Below are positions 14,230-26,839 of a stretch of 64,000 nt of DNA, piece after piece. The position numbers and the translations under genes were made by a program. The notes below the pieces were generated by a model, which ran no database searches, had not been told where the DNA came from, and saw only the letters and a program-made list of their open reading frames with translations. Source of the DNA: Nageia nagi (taxonomy: Eukaryota > Plantae > Pinophyta); NCBI GenBank assembly GCA_050084985.1, contig JBITNC010000001.1, positions 93,496,001 to 93,560,000 on the forward strand, written 5' to 3'. Position 1 is the stretch's first letter, and every line of letters begins with the position of its first letter.

Positions 14230-17200
14230 GTGTTACAAGATCAACCTATCACCCAATAATGATTTAAATACATCCCATTAATAGGAATAGATAATTATTG
14301 GGAATTAGTGATGTCTTATAACCTAAACACATTACTTTGCATGGCTTGAGTGATGATATAAGGTGTGCTCCAAAGAGAGTTAAAGTTTTGATGTCCTTCA
14401 AGCTTTTCTCTCTCTTCATCCCACTTGAGGATAATATCACCTAGTTCAAACTTCACCTAGGAAGATATTTTCTTATCAAACCATTTCTAAATGATGTGTT
14501 GGTGATGCTAAAATGACTCATATGCTTTGTTTTGGTCTTCCTCCAATTTCAAGAGCTTATTATATCTTGATTATAGTGGCGCAAAGTCATGGTCCTTCAT
14601 GTCTTGCAATATTTTTAATGTTGATAACTCAATGTGTATTGGAAACATAATCTTTTACCATATAATATTACATATGTGGATGTTTTGATTGCTGATTTAA
14701 TACTAATTTTATTTGCCCATAATGCAAAGTCTAGTTGTATATACCACTGTCTAAGATTCCCTTCAATTATTCTTTTAATGATCTAGATTAGGTTCTTATT
14801 AGTTGATTTAGCTAACCCATTACCTTATGGATAATAATTTGAAGAGAATAACTAGTATATCCCATATTTAACAACAAAGTTTGAAAAACCACCTCCAATA
14901 AGTATTGGTCCATTATCTGAGACCATAGTCTATGGGATTCCAAAGTGAGTGATTATTCTTTTGATCATTTCTATCATCATTTTTTGATCTAAATTCTTAC
15001 ATGGAATTACTTCTAACCATCTAGTAAAATAGTCTATTGTAGTTAAGATGAACTTATGGCATGCTAAGGAATTTGGGTTTATAACACTAATGAAATCCAT
15101 GCCCTATTGTTGAAAGGGTTCCTCAACTATCATAGGTTTAAAAGGCATAGTAGCTTGTCTTCTTTTTTTCACAAATCTATTACATTTATCACATTCTTGA
15201 GCAATCTTGAATGAATATTGAAATGTGGTTGGCCAATAATATCCAGCTTGGAAAATTTTTGTTGATGTAGTTAGTCCACTATAATGCTCGCTAGGGAATC
15301 CATAATGAAATTCATGCAATATTCTTCAAGATTCATCATGAGTCATACATCTTAAGAGGGTTTGATGAAATTTCTTTCTATATAGATGGTCATATATCAT
15401 CACAAAATTCAAGGCATGCATCTTGAATATTCTCTAGAATCTATTCAAATATTAGGATATTTACCAATTTGAAAATAAAAAATAACTTGCTTAATCCAAT
15501 CACTTTCTTCATTTAGTTGCTACTCATCCTCCATAATAGCAATCATATGTTAAGCTTTAGCTATATTTTCACATAGAGCCCTACCTCTAATAAACTTGAT
15601 TTCATTAGTTTCTATATCATATTCCATTATTTTAGTAATCCAACCAACCTTTCCTTCATCTAAGTCTCCTTGTATAATATAATTTTTTACATCTAGATGG
15701 ATAGTAAATACAAGGATTTTGTTGTGGGAGACATAATACTTAAATTTTTAAAGTCCTTTCATCATGGAAAACACTTTATTTTCAATAAATGAGTAGCTTT
15801 TTTGATGTTTATGTAGTGTTTGGCTATGAAAGGCAATCAGATGTTCTTCTTTATTATCATCTTTCTATGCTAGAATTGCAGCAATGCTTCCTTCTACTCC
15901 ATATGCATACATGATGAAATATTTTGACATATCAAGATTTTTAAGCATAAGAGCTTATGTTATAGCCTTTTTAATTTTTTTAAAGGTTAGTTTTTCTTCA
16001 CTTTACCAAGAGAATATAGCATCTTTCTTTAGCATTGAAGTGATTAGGGATACAATTTTTGAAAAATCATTAATGAATTTTATAACAAAATTTATCTGAC
16101 CAAGGAATGATTGCAAGGCTTTTTTGTTGGAAGGGAGTGGTAATGCTTTAATAGCTTTCACTCTATCTTGATCAATCACTAATCCTTCCTCTCTATATTT
16201 TTCTTAGTTAACCATAAAAATAGATTTTTTTAGATTAATTAAAATGCTAGATTTCATATATTTTTGAAAAACTTGTCTAAGATGTTCTAGATGATCCTTT
16301 CTACTTTTAGAGAATACTATAATATCATGCAAATAGACTAAGATAATTTTATTTTTTAGCTCACCAAATGTATTATCCATGGATCTTTGAAAAGTAGCTC
16401 CCACATTAGAAGGACCAAAAGGAATTCTTTGGAAAGCAAATGTCTCCTATTTGGTTGTAAATGTAGTTTGGTATTGATCTTCATTTTTCATCCAAATCTA
16501 GTTAAAACCTAAGTAGCCATCAATCATTGAAAAAAAAAGATCTAGATATTGTATGCAAGATCTATTCCATAGGTGGGAGAGGATAATTATCTTTAAGAGA
16601 CATTTAATTCAATTTTTTGAAATCAACACATAATCTGATTTCTCCATTTTTCTTTCTAATAGGAACCAAATTTGCAACCCAAGAAAAATGCTTGTTAGGA
16701 AAAATAAATTTTGAATCAAGTAGCTTAATCAATTCTTATTTCATATCTTATTATATTTTTAGGTTGATTGGCCTTTATTTTTGCCTATATGGTTTAGCAT
16801 CTGGTTCAATCTCAATTATGTTGGATGACACTTTTATCATATATCTTGAGATCATCATAAGTCCAAGAAATTACTTTCAAAAACTCATGATAGATTTGAG
16901 ACATAACATATTTTTATTTATTAGATCACTCTAAACCTACATTTATATACTTTTTAGGTTCTATTTTGAGCTCAACATAACTCTCCTTATGGATGGCTAA
17001 GGATTTAGCTTTTTGAACATCTTCTAAATCAAATAATCTTTCAAAAGAGAGTAATCCTTTTGGTATAACATTATTTCTAAGTTGGAAAACATTTAACTCT
17101 TGGAAACATTTAGGTAGTTCTTGAATACTAAAAATGTGAGCTACTACTTCATCTAAGAGAAAGTTCATAATATGCTCATCAAAATCAAATACTTGCCAAA

Positions 17201-20000
17201 AATTTGTAGCATTAGGTACTGAAGGCCTACATTGAACTTTGACTCTAAGAGCTCCTTTTTTATAATGAGCAAGATTATAACATGCTCCTTTTCTAGCAAA
17301 TACATCGGTTACTTGGTTGTACCTCTTAGGAATAGAAATAAAATTGATAGCTAAGAATGACTCTAATAAATCCCAAACTCTATTCTTGTAGGTCTTCAGA
17401 TAGTGATGTTTTGCACTAATTTGATTTCTAACTTATTTTATGACCAATTATGAATTACCATGGACAATTAGGCATTTTATGCCTATATTTATCACTTTAG
17501 ATAATCTTAAATAAAGGGATTCATATTTAGGATCATTATTTGTACAAATCCATGTGAATCTAATGGAGAATCTTTTCATATGTCCTTCCAAAGATTTGAA
17601 TACAACTTTAGCTCCACATCCATGCTTACATCTAGATCCATCAAAGTAAATTATCCATATCTCATGATCTTTTTTAGCTATGATCGAGATTGGTTGCACA
17701 TCTTCATATAAATAATAATTATGCATGCCAACATTTGTGACCTGATAATTTAAATCATTTGCTAAAAGAACTTTAGTTTTTAGGAGTGACTCTCTATGTG
17801 GATCCCTTTCAAATACATCTACATGTTGGGGGCCATTAAAATAGTTTTATTCTATGATCTTCTTCAGATTAACACTTTTGGTGCCCTCATTTAGAATTTT
17901 TACTTATTTTTCTTGGAAGGGAAGTAAAAGATGACTATAGTCTAAAGCTATGTACCCTCCTAATTTAGTAGTGAATTCTCTGAATAGACATATTCCAAAC
18001 AGATGTGGAAGATCAACCATAATGATATCTTGAATAACATAAATGTTATAAAATGCATTTAAAGTTATTGGAACCCCTTTAACACTACCAATAACATCTA
18101 CAAAGGAAGAATTCAATTGTATGACACCATCAATACATTTTGTAATATATAGCTTTATTTTATTTGCAATAGCTTTAGGAATCATAATTATTATAGCTTC
18201 TATATCTATCATACAATTATTTACTACCAACCTTCTAATCTTAAGGATAGATAGAATGGTGGGGGTCTTATACCTATGGGAGTTGGAGGGATTTTATTAT
18301 ATATTACAAAGACAATATTTCCTTCATTTACCCTCTTCTTACTATTTCTTAATTTCAAAGCCTCTTGTAAAAGATCTAATTGACCTAGTATCTTTAATGC
18401 ATCAAACATAGTCATCTTAGAAGGAGTTTTTTTTCTATTCTTCCACAATATTACATAGAGCATATGGGATAAATTTACTTGATTCTACTTGTTGATGTAT
18501 TCTAAATTGTTGAGTTACCTTTTCTTTATGATAATCTAAAATAAAAGGATACCTCAAATTATCAGGTCTCTCCTTCTTTGAGAATTCTTTTCTAATTGCA
18601 ATGGAATTTATTTGAGTAGGAACATTAGTACCTAGATTTTGAGAAATATTACCTAGATATGTTGGGAATTGATCTTGTTGATTTTAAGGCTAGGCTAAGG
18701 GAGCCTTAGCCTTCTTAGGTTTAGGTAATACTAGAATAGATGGTTGATTTTACTAAGTAACTAGGGTTGTTGTGGAGCTGTTGAAGAAGAAGCTCTAGTT
18801 TGAACACAATTCACTTATTCTCCAGCATATCCTAAAAGCTAGACATTTACCATGGTGAGATCAATAGCAAGATCTGATGTAGGTTCCACCATTTGGTTTG
18901 AATGCAATACCAAAGATTGATGTTGATAAATTGAACATGAGTTTGGAAAATAAGGAGCTAAACATGGGGAACACTATTTTGTAATGCCTAAAGAAACACT
19001 TTTTATAGAACTTATCATAACAACATTTTCAATTATTTTTGGAGCACTTGATTATTCTGGCTAGTTTGTCTTAGGATGGAATCTAGGTTAATACTAATTA
19101 TCATATCTTTTATAATTAAAAATTAAATTTTTCTTTTCTTATAGAGTGAGCTTATTATTAAGGTTCCCGATAGTTATCTCCAATTTTTTTATTCTTTCTT
19201 CTTCTTGAGATTTGGGATTAGTATTAGCACTAGTGGATGTAAGAGCAAGTAATGTTGGTATCTATTAAATAATAGGCTTGGGAGGATGTGGTAAGGTTAA
19301 AACTATAGAATGAGCAATTTGAAGGACTTATTTAAGAGGTAAATTAGAAAATAATGGCATAATAGTTCTAGGCTACATCTTTCCATAGGATACCAAGGTA
19401 TGCTTAGAATTTTTTGCTATCTGGTAAACATCTAGAAAGGTATCTCCTAACATAACAATGAGTATGTTAAGGTCTAAGAGAAAGGCCTTCCTATAATATA
19501 CCAGAGCTTTTACACTTGTTGGTCTAATCTTTACTAGAATAGACTTCCATGTTCTCTCAAATCTAATATTGAAATCATCAATGAACTCATGAGGATGTCT
19601 TTTGATACACACTATAAGGTTAAAGAATGTACTATCATCACCATTCATAGCAAATATTTTAATTAAATCTTGACATAACTCTCCTCATGACTTTATAGAT
19701 TGAGGTGTGAGAGTTCTAAACCATTTAGCTACTTTTCCTTCAAAAAAATGTGATAATAACCTAATCATCACAATTTTATCAATGATAGCAAATCTTGAAG
19801 CCAATAAAAATACATATTAACAATGTTCATATGATGTTTTACTAGACCCATCATACTTAGAAAAAATTTTGAATGCTACATGAGGTATAGCAAGGGAGTT
19901 AGTAGAAATGACCAAAGGGTAACCGTTATTCCAAACATGAAAATCTATTGGTTGAGCATGCTTGGCATTTTAGTAGCAAGTGAAGGAGTTTTTAGGATTG
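14230..20000 (-). pseudogene. Gypsy gag-pol remnant: gag, protease, aRH, RT, RNase H, integrase
   Basis: gag (FIDDFNIRFERTWKSI, 19373-19648); protease (NCMIDIEAIIIMIP, 17904-18230); aRH (WIIYFDGS...CTNND, 17448-17726); RT (GATFQRSMD...VYLHDIIVFSK, 16204-16404); integrase zinc finger (HEFH...EHYSG...AGYYWPT...CDKC, 15104-15319). Confidence 0.92.
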
Positions 20001-20341
20001 AATCAAATATATTTGATAGTGAGATTGCCCTTAAGGGAACTACAGGGGATACAACCCAAGAAATTTTTTACCTAGTCCTTTTGTGAGGAATTGATAGCTC
20101 TTGGAACCTTATATAAGGGAATTTCTGGTACTACTTCTAGTAAGTCTACATTCTAGAGGTGCTAGGGTTTGAAACATTTACTAGTTAATAGTAGAGTCAC
20201 CAATAAGGTTAAAATAACATTATAATATTTGAAAAATCTAACTGATAGCCCACTAGAAATAGCTATCTAGCCTATTTACATTATAAAATATGTAATTTTA
20301 GTTTGTGTCCCATCAAGTGTGCCAAAAATGGAAGTTTCTAC

Positions 20342-22568
20342 TATTGATCAATATAATGTAAACTCAAAGGATTTATTCTAGTCAAGTTCTCCATTACCCA
20401 TAATAGTAGGTTCCTTTAAAGAGCAAAAGGTGGTGGGTATGTGCTTGTGTTGATTTTTTACTTAATCTTTGGGTTATATGTCGACTCCTTTCTATTATAA
20501 AGGTTAAAAGTAACATTAAAGAGATAAAATGTATAGAGTTATAGGAAAGAGATTAACAAATTGAACTGAAACTAAAGCAAAAACTTCATAGCCCAGGCAT
20601 TACAACATAGGTAGCAATCCATAACCAATATTAAGAATAGCAAGCTACCTTACCATTGGGTCTTCCAATCATAATACATAGCCACAACTTAAGATGTCAT
20701 CTCATACACAACATTTATAAAAGCAATAAATAGCCACTTGTTGCAAAAGGGCAAATCATTATCTATTTGCCTTATCATATATGAAAATATCTTACAAACC
20801 TAGGTAAATTTGCTAGAATGTTTGACCTCTTTGATTTCTAATAGTTCACAATTTATACATTTACATACCCTAGTAGGTTGTTATCTATCATTAATATACA
20901 TAATTACTCATCTTGATTGAAATAAGTGAAGAAAATTATTTACAACAAATATTACAACTTTGTTATATTACACAGTGAATAAGTACCAACAATATGACTA
21001 TTTGGGAATTTGAATTTTTTGAACAATCATATTTATTGAGCCGTAATCCTTCTAACATGTCATTGACTACTCCTATAGTTGATTGAAGATGGTACTATAA
21101 TTGATTGAAAAAGTACTCATCTATAGTTTGATAGGTATAATCTAGCATTGTGTTCTATCGGTAGCTATCTATTTTTTGCAACCATTGATGATCCATACTA
21201 TAGTTTTAAATGAAAAGAGTAATGGAGGGTTGTGAATTGAATTGAATTTGACACATTAACAAGGCCCCAAGGTTCAAACACTTAAGATTAAGTGGACCTA
21301 GGTGTTACTTCTTATCCATTACTTTTACCTTAGTTTGGTAGGTCTTATTTCTTTTCTTTGGGTTCTATTAATGATCTAGCTATTCTTATTACCCATTGAT
21401 TTTATCCAAAAGTTCTAACATCATCACTCAAAATTGGTAGGCTCTATTGGATATATTTATGAATAATCACTTGCCATTACTTGTTTTGGGACCTGTTGAT
21501 TTTAGCCAAAAGTTCTAACATCATCGCTTGATTGATGGGCTCTATTTGATATCTTCATGAATCATCACCCACCATTATTTATTTTGGGACCTACTAATTT
21601 TAGCCAAAAGTTTTGACATCATTTCTCAAAATTAATGGGCTCTATTTGGGATCTCCATGAATCATCACTTACCATTACTTGTTCTAGGACCCATTGATTT
21701 TAGCCAAAATTTCTAACATCATTGCTCAAAATTGGTGGGCTCTATTTGGGATCTTCATAAGTCATCACCCACCATTACTTATTTCAAGACCTACTAATTT
21801 TAGACAAAAGTTTTGACATCATCACTCAAAATTGATGGGCTCTATTTGGGATCTTCATGAATCATCACCCACCATTACTTATTCGAGGACTCATTGATTT
21901 TAGCCAAAAGTTCTAACATCATCACTCAAAATTAGTGGGCTTTATTTAGGATCTTCATGAATCATCACCTACCATTACTTGGACATAACTTGAACTTAAA
22001 TTTACAAAAACTCTTAGACCATGTATTTACAAGAACTCCCAAACACTATATTTACAAGAACTCTTGAATACTTTATTTACAAAAACTCCCAAACTATGTA
22101 TTTATAAGAACTTCCAAACACTATATTTTCAAGAACTCTTGGACACTATATTTACAAAAAATCTCAGACATTGTATTTACAACAACTCTCAAACACTATA
22201 TTTACAAAAACTCTTAGACATTTCCTTAGAATTTTCTCTTCCTATACATAATTCTTTTATAGATATAGTTCCCACCCCATTTGACTATTAATACAACTTA
22301 AGGTTAATCCCTAGGAATTATTACAACATCCAATCAACTTTAACTAGAAATTTACAAGGAGAAATATCAAATACAAGGACCCATACATACAATAGCCAAA
22401 TTATATATACAATAGCTGGATCTTAAAAACACCTAGAATTCTTTAGACTTAGGGCTAATAGAAGACACAAATTTGATTTTAAAATGAAGAGAGTTTAAAT
22501 AGAAAGAATTTTTTGAAAATAATGATAGTTTGTTACCCCAACCTAGAGTGCAATTCTAAAAGAATATA
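20342..22568 (-). repeat. 5' LTR of the Tat element
   Basis: Aligns with 7722-9851. Termini have decayed to ta...ta. The PBS lies on its inner side. Confidence 0.88.
21396..22225. repeat. Tandem arrays in the LTR: 6 x about 100 bp followed by about 9 x 25 bp
   Basis: Same units as 8838-9495 at higher copy number. Confidence 0.92.
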
Positions 22569-22573
22569 ATTCA

Positions 22574-23716
22574 TAATTTGGTGATCCTATTGGTGGCCCT
22601 ATATGACATGGTAGAGGCATGGAAGAATTTAGTGTTATGATCTCCTTCTTTTAGCCACTGTACCCTTGATTTTTGCTTCCAAAAGATTTCTTCCTACAAA
22701 TAGATTTCAATAAACTTTTGGAATAGTTGTTCTTTCCCCAAGAGAGGTATATCTTGTTCATGTTGGATTCTATCTTCCACTAGCTATAGCTCTACTTAAA
22801 GCATGCTTTGATGTCCATAAATGTTAGCAAAGGAGAATTTGTTCCATTATTTCATATTTTCCCTTAGCTTTTATAGTTTGTAGAATAATTTAAACATAAG
22901 TGTGTCATAAACATGCCTGTCCTCCTTCCACCATCTTTCCACTAATTCTATGAATTATTCATGTTGTAGCCACATCCATTCTAAGTAGAAGGGGAGCCTC
23001 ACTTCTTATGTTGTAGCTCAACTATGATGGTGATAGGCATATGATTTGATCCTCCTCTAAGTAATACATTGTATTGGATGAGAAGACCTTGTTATGACCA
23101 TTAATTGGTAAAAAGAAATTTGTCTAGTCTTTTTAGGACTTTGTATTCCTTATATCATTTATTGGACCATGTGAAGCCTTATTTCTTGCAAAAGGGCTCA
23201 AACTACTGATTGTTAGAAATGATGTTTCTAAGTTCCTCATCATAACTTTTTAATTTTTATGTACATCCTTGTTTTTTAGTGAGGTTGCATATAGCATTGA
23301 AGTCTCCTTTGATGATGCTTGGGTGATCATCTTTAATGCAAACCAAATAGAAATTTATGTCCAACATTTAATCTTTTTGCTAGATTATTGAGGGGTGTAG
23401 ATGTTTACTAGGCTAAAATGGAAGCTAATGGACAAACTTAGATAGCCATCCAGGATTCAAAGGCTCTATCTAAAGTATAGTCAAGTATGGATTTATCCTA
23501 AATAATAGCCTACCCTCTAGATTGGCCAATTGAATCTCTAGTGAGGGTTGAGCTCCTAGGCCAAAATTTCCTTTCAAATCTATCAATTTCAAAGGTTAAA
23601 GATTTAGTTTCTTGAATGAGCAACATAGCATGTTTTTCAAATTGTATAAGTGATCTTATCATTCCTAATTTTTTGGGGGAATGGAGGTCCTAAGTGTTCC
23701 ATGATTGTATAATCAT
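22574..23716 (-). pseudogene. LINE ORF2, 5' part (APE-type endonuclease and linker), disrupted
   Basis: Starts MIIQSWNT (the SWNxRG motif). GDHNTKFFHAS near 22620-22650 resumes at about 7716 on the other side of the Gypsy insertion. Confidence 0.85.
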
Positions 23717-23719
23717 TGA

Positions 23720-25213
23720 TCACCTACCCTTTTTAGGATCTAGTAGCTCATCCAACTAATATTGAGTTCCTCCTTCAATTCCATCTCTAGCAACCTATTG
23801 GAGTTTGTCTTTCTCTATAATGCAGACTCTCTTTTTTTGGACACCTACATTTGTTGATTTCAATTTAATTTGAGTTTATTTTATAGCTTGATTTTTTGGT
23901 CCTTTCTTATGAGGGGTGATTACAATATTGTTAATAGGATGAATCTCTAATGAAAATTTTATTTGAAATTAGGAAGGGCCACCTATCATGTTGGTGTCCA
24001 TTTCTGATAGTGGGTGTTCATGGCCAGATGACCCTTCACCTAAACCTAGTTTTGGATCTATGGAGTACAAGGGATTGTTGACTATAGGAGGAATAAATGA
24101 TTGGTGTATGTCCAAAGTTGATGTAGGAGGCTCATTCATAGGTGGAGTGTGTGTTTGGTTTTCCATGGTATCATTAGATTGCAAACAAGTAAAATGGTTA
24201 TGATCATGGGCTACCTTAGGGGTTTCTTTAGGTGTGCTATTAGTTCAACTACTTTCATGTAGGTGAGAAGGAGGTTTACCTATATGATTCTTGCATATTT
24301 GATATTGAAATACATCAACATCAATCTCTTGCATTGAATTCTTTGGCATTGCTTAGGATAGGTTTGGGCAAGATGTCCATAGTTTGAGTAGACCCAGTAG
24401 CAAAAAGGTATGCATTCATAATCAACTTTGTGAATCATATTGAGTCCATCATCAAGGATCTTGATGTAAACATTTTTAGGTAAATGGGCTTTGAGATCCA
24501 AGTGGATGTATATCCTAGCATATTTGATAGCTTTGCATTCAATGGTGCAATCAAAAGTGCATAGGTATACACCAAGCACATTCCTAGTGGACTCAAAAAC
24601 TTCTTCATCCTAGAGTTCTTGAGGAAGGTTTGGGAATCTAACCCAACAATTTCTTCTATTGGATTCTCAATGCTTATCTTGAATTCAAGGTGCTAAGGCT
24701 TCACAAATATACTAGATCTTCCATAGAACTGGGGTCTATCTTCAAACACATAATCCCTATTATCCTCTATAGAAACATTACCAATAAATAGCCATTGGAG
24801 TAGTGTTCAAATTTTACCTCACCCTTTGTATCCCAAGTACATGCTATCTAATATTTGATGGATTAGGTATGGATTCTAGATCCCATGAAATGATAGATAA
24901 TACCCTGCTTCCCTAGAGTTTTAATGCCCTAGTTGATCCACTAGCTCCTAATTTCTACCAATGGCATGTCTAGAGATGCTTTTAAATAGCCATTTTCATT
25001 TTAATTAGGGTCTTGGTGTAGGGAACACATTCATTTGAAAAGGTTTTTTGAACCTACTAGATGATGCATCATGTGAGTCTTATTCCATAGTGCATAGTGG
25101 AAGGAAGTTCTCATTTGAGTGGCAAGGGAACCTCCAAAGCCAACCTCCATGGAGGAATCTAGGCTTGCCATTGTGGATACATCCTCAAGTGGTGGCAGAG
25201 AGCAGGGTTCCAA
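23720..25213 (-). pseudogene. LINE ORF1 remnant (DUF4283/zinc-knuckle type)
   Basis: KYARIYIHLDLKAHLPKNVYI...VDYECIPFCYWVYSNYGHLAQTYP, a decayed zf-CCHC of the kind typical of plant L1 ORF1, directly upstream of ORF2. Confidence 0.8.
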
Positions 25214-26839
25214 TTGACCAAGTTCCCATAGAGTCCAAAGCCTAGTGTGAAAAAGTATTATGGCTTTAGGTTATAATTTACTATAAATAGTTTAATGATT
25301 ATCTATTTTTTAGATACAAATATGATTAGTTATCATCCCATTAAATATTGGTATAAAACCTATATGATAAATGGAGGTTATAGTTTATTAAAAAGCTTAA
25401 CAACATACATTTCAAATCATATAGTTTATTATCATGGAACCTAATATTTCTAGTTTAGCATATCATTTCCTCTCTTATAGGTTTTCCTTAGTAATAAATT
25501 AGGTCAATTAGGGATAATCATGCTAAAACATGTTACAATATGTTTTTTCAATGTTAGATACAAGTGAAAAAGGTACATTTGGAGGTAGCCCATTTATAGA
25601 AACTTATGGATAATTGGGTTAACACCCCATGCATAATGTTTTATGTCTTGTTCACCTCTCCTCCATGTATGAGAAAATTTGAGGGTGTAATCATCATGAA
25701 AAATAAGCTTTGTAATATATATGGTAGGATTCCTTAATGAAGAGCTAGGGATCAAACTCACTTACTACCTCATTCCTCTCATATATATTTTTAGGAACCC
25801 TTATTTTTGCAATGAATCCAAATAACAAAATACCTAAATCCAATGTTGGTAATGAATTGCATTTTATCATGTTTTGTATTTTAGCAATGTATTGTAGTAA
25901 TGTTATGGTACATAAGGTCTATAATAGACTGAAATCATGGGATTTGAATACAAAACCATTATTGTTGTAATGAATCTAAATACCAAAACATCTAAATTTG
26001 GTGTTTGTAATGGATCACATTTTATTATGTTTTTGTATTTTAGCACTATATTTTAGGGAACTCAATCTAGTACAACAATGATAAGTTTTTTTACTTGAGT
26101 CTTGTTATCTCTTTAATAAGAGGTGATGAAGATAACTAAACTACAAAATAAGCTAACAAACATGGTAAGTCAATTTATTGGTATGATGATATTATTATAG
26201 TTATGGGTACCCTAAATAAATTCAATTTTAACCAAATTCTTCATAACTTAAATTAGACTATAGTAATAGGTATGATTCAAAAACAAAATAGTAAAAATTA
26301 AAGCATGAATAACTTAAAATTTAACAAAATTCTTCATTTTTTGTAACAAAAAAACTAAATGGCAAGAAATTGGGTACTCAAATAGCTAGAGAGGGCTATA
26401 AGAGGATGTAGGGCAATGGAGGATAGATTCAAGGCATTGAGAAATGAAATCATGTTATAAGCTAACAGTAATCATCATAGATCAAAATTTTGTACTAAAG
26501 AGATGAGAATGAGGGCCTATAGGGATTTTTCATGGGGGTTATAGTTTATGAAATAAAATTTTGATATGTAAAACTAAAATCTTAGTCTTTAAAAACCAAA
26601 ATTTCATTTTTGGTTTGGGACTCCAAACCAAAATTTCATTTTTGGTTTTGGACTCCAAACCAAAATAAAATTTTAGTTTTTAAAGATTGAAATTTCATTT
26701 CATTTTTTTATCAAGATGGAGAAAAAAAATTGGTCTTTAAAAACCAAACTTTTGTTTTACTCTACTTTGTTTATAAGTAAGAAGTGTCCAACTAAAGTGT
26801 AACTAACTTCTTTCACTTACCCATGAGCCATATCCAATA

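Larger units (their letters stand above)
7722..22568 (-). mobile_element. Ty3/Gypsy LTR retrotransposon, Tat group (aRH upstream of RT), degenerate
   Basis: Two homologous LTRs of about 2.1-2.2 kb. 5-bp TSD gttca (7717-7721) / attca (22569-22573). PBS-like TGGCACACTTGATGGGAC on the minus strand at 20324-20307. gag-pol remnants on the minus strand. Confidence 0.92.
4831..25266 (-). mobile_element. Full-length degenerate L1-clade LINE, interrupted by a Gypsy element
   Basis: 16-bp TSD taggttataat(c/t)tact at 4815-4830 and 25267-25282. Short poly(A) (T-run at 4830-4837), with a minus-strand AATAAA nearby. ORF1, endonuclease and RT remnants lie in order on the minus strand. Confidence 0.9.
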
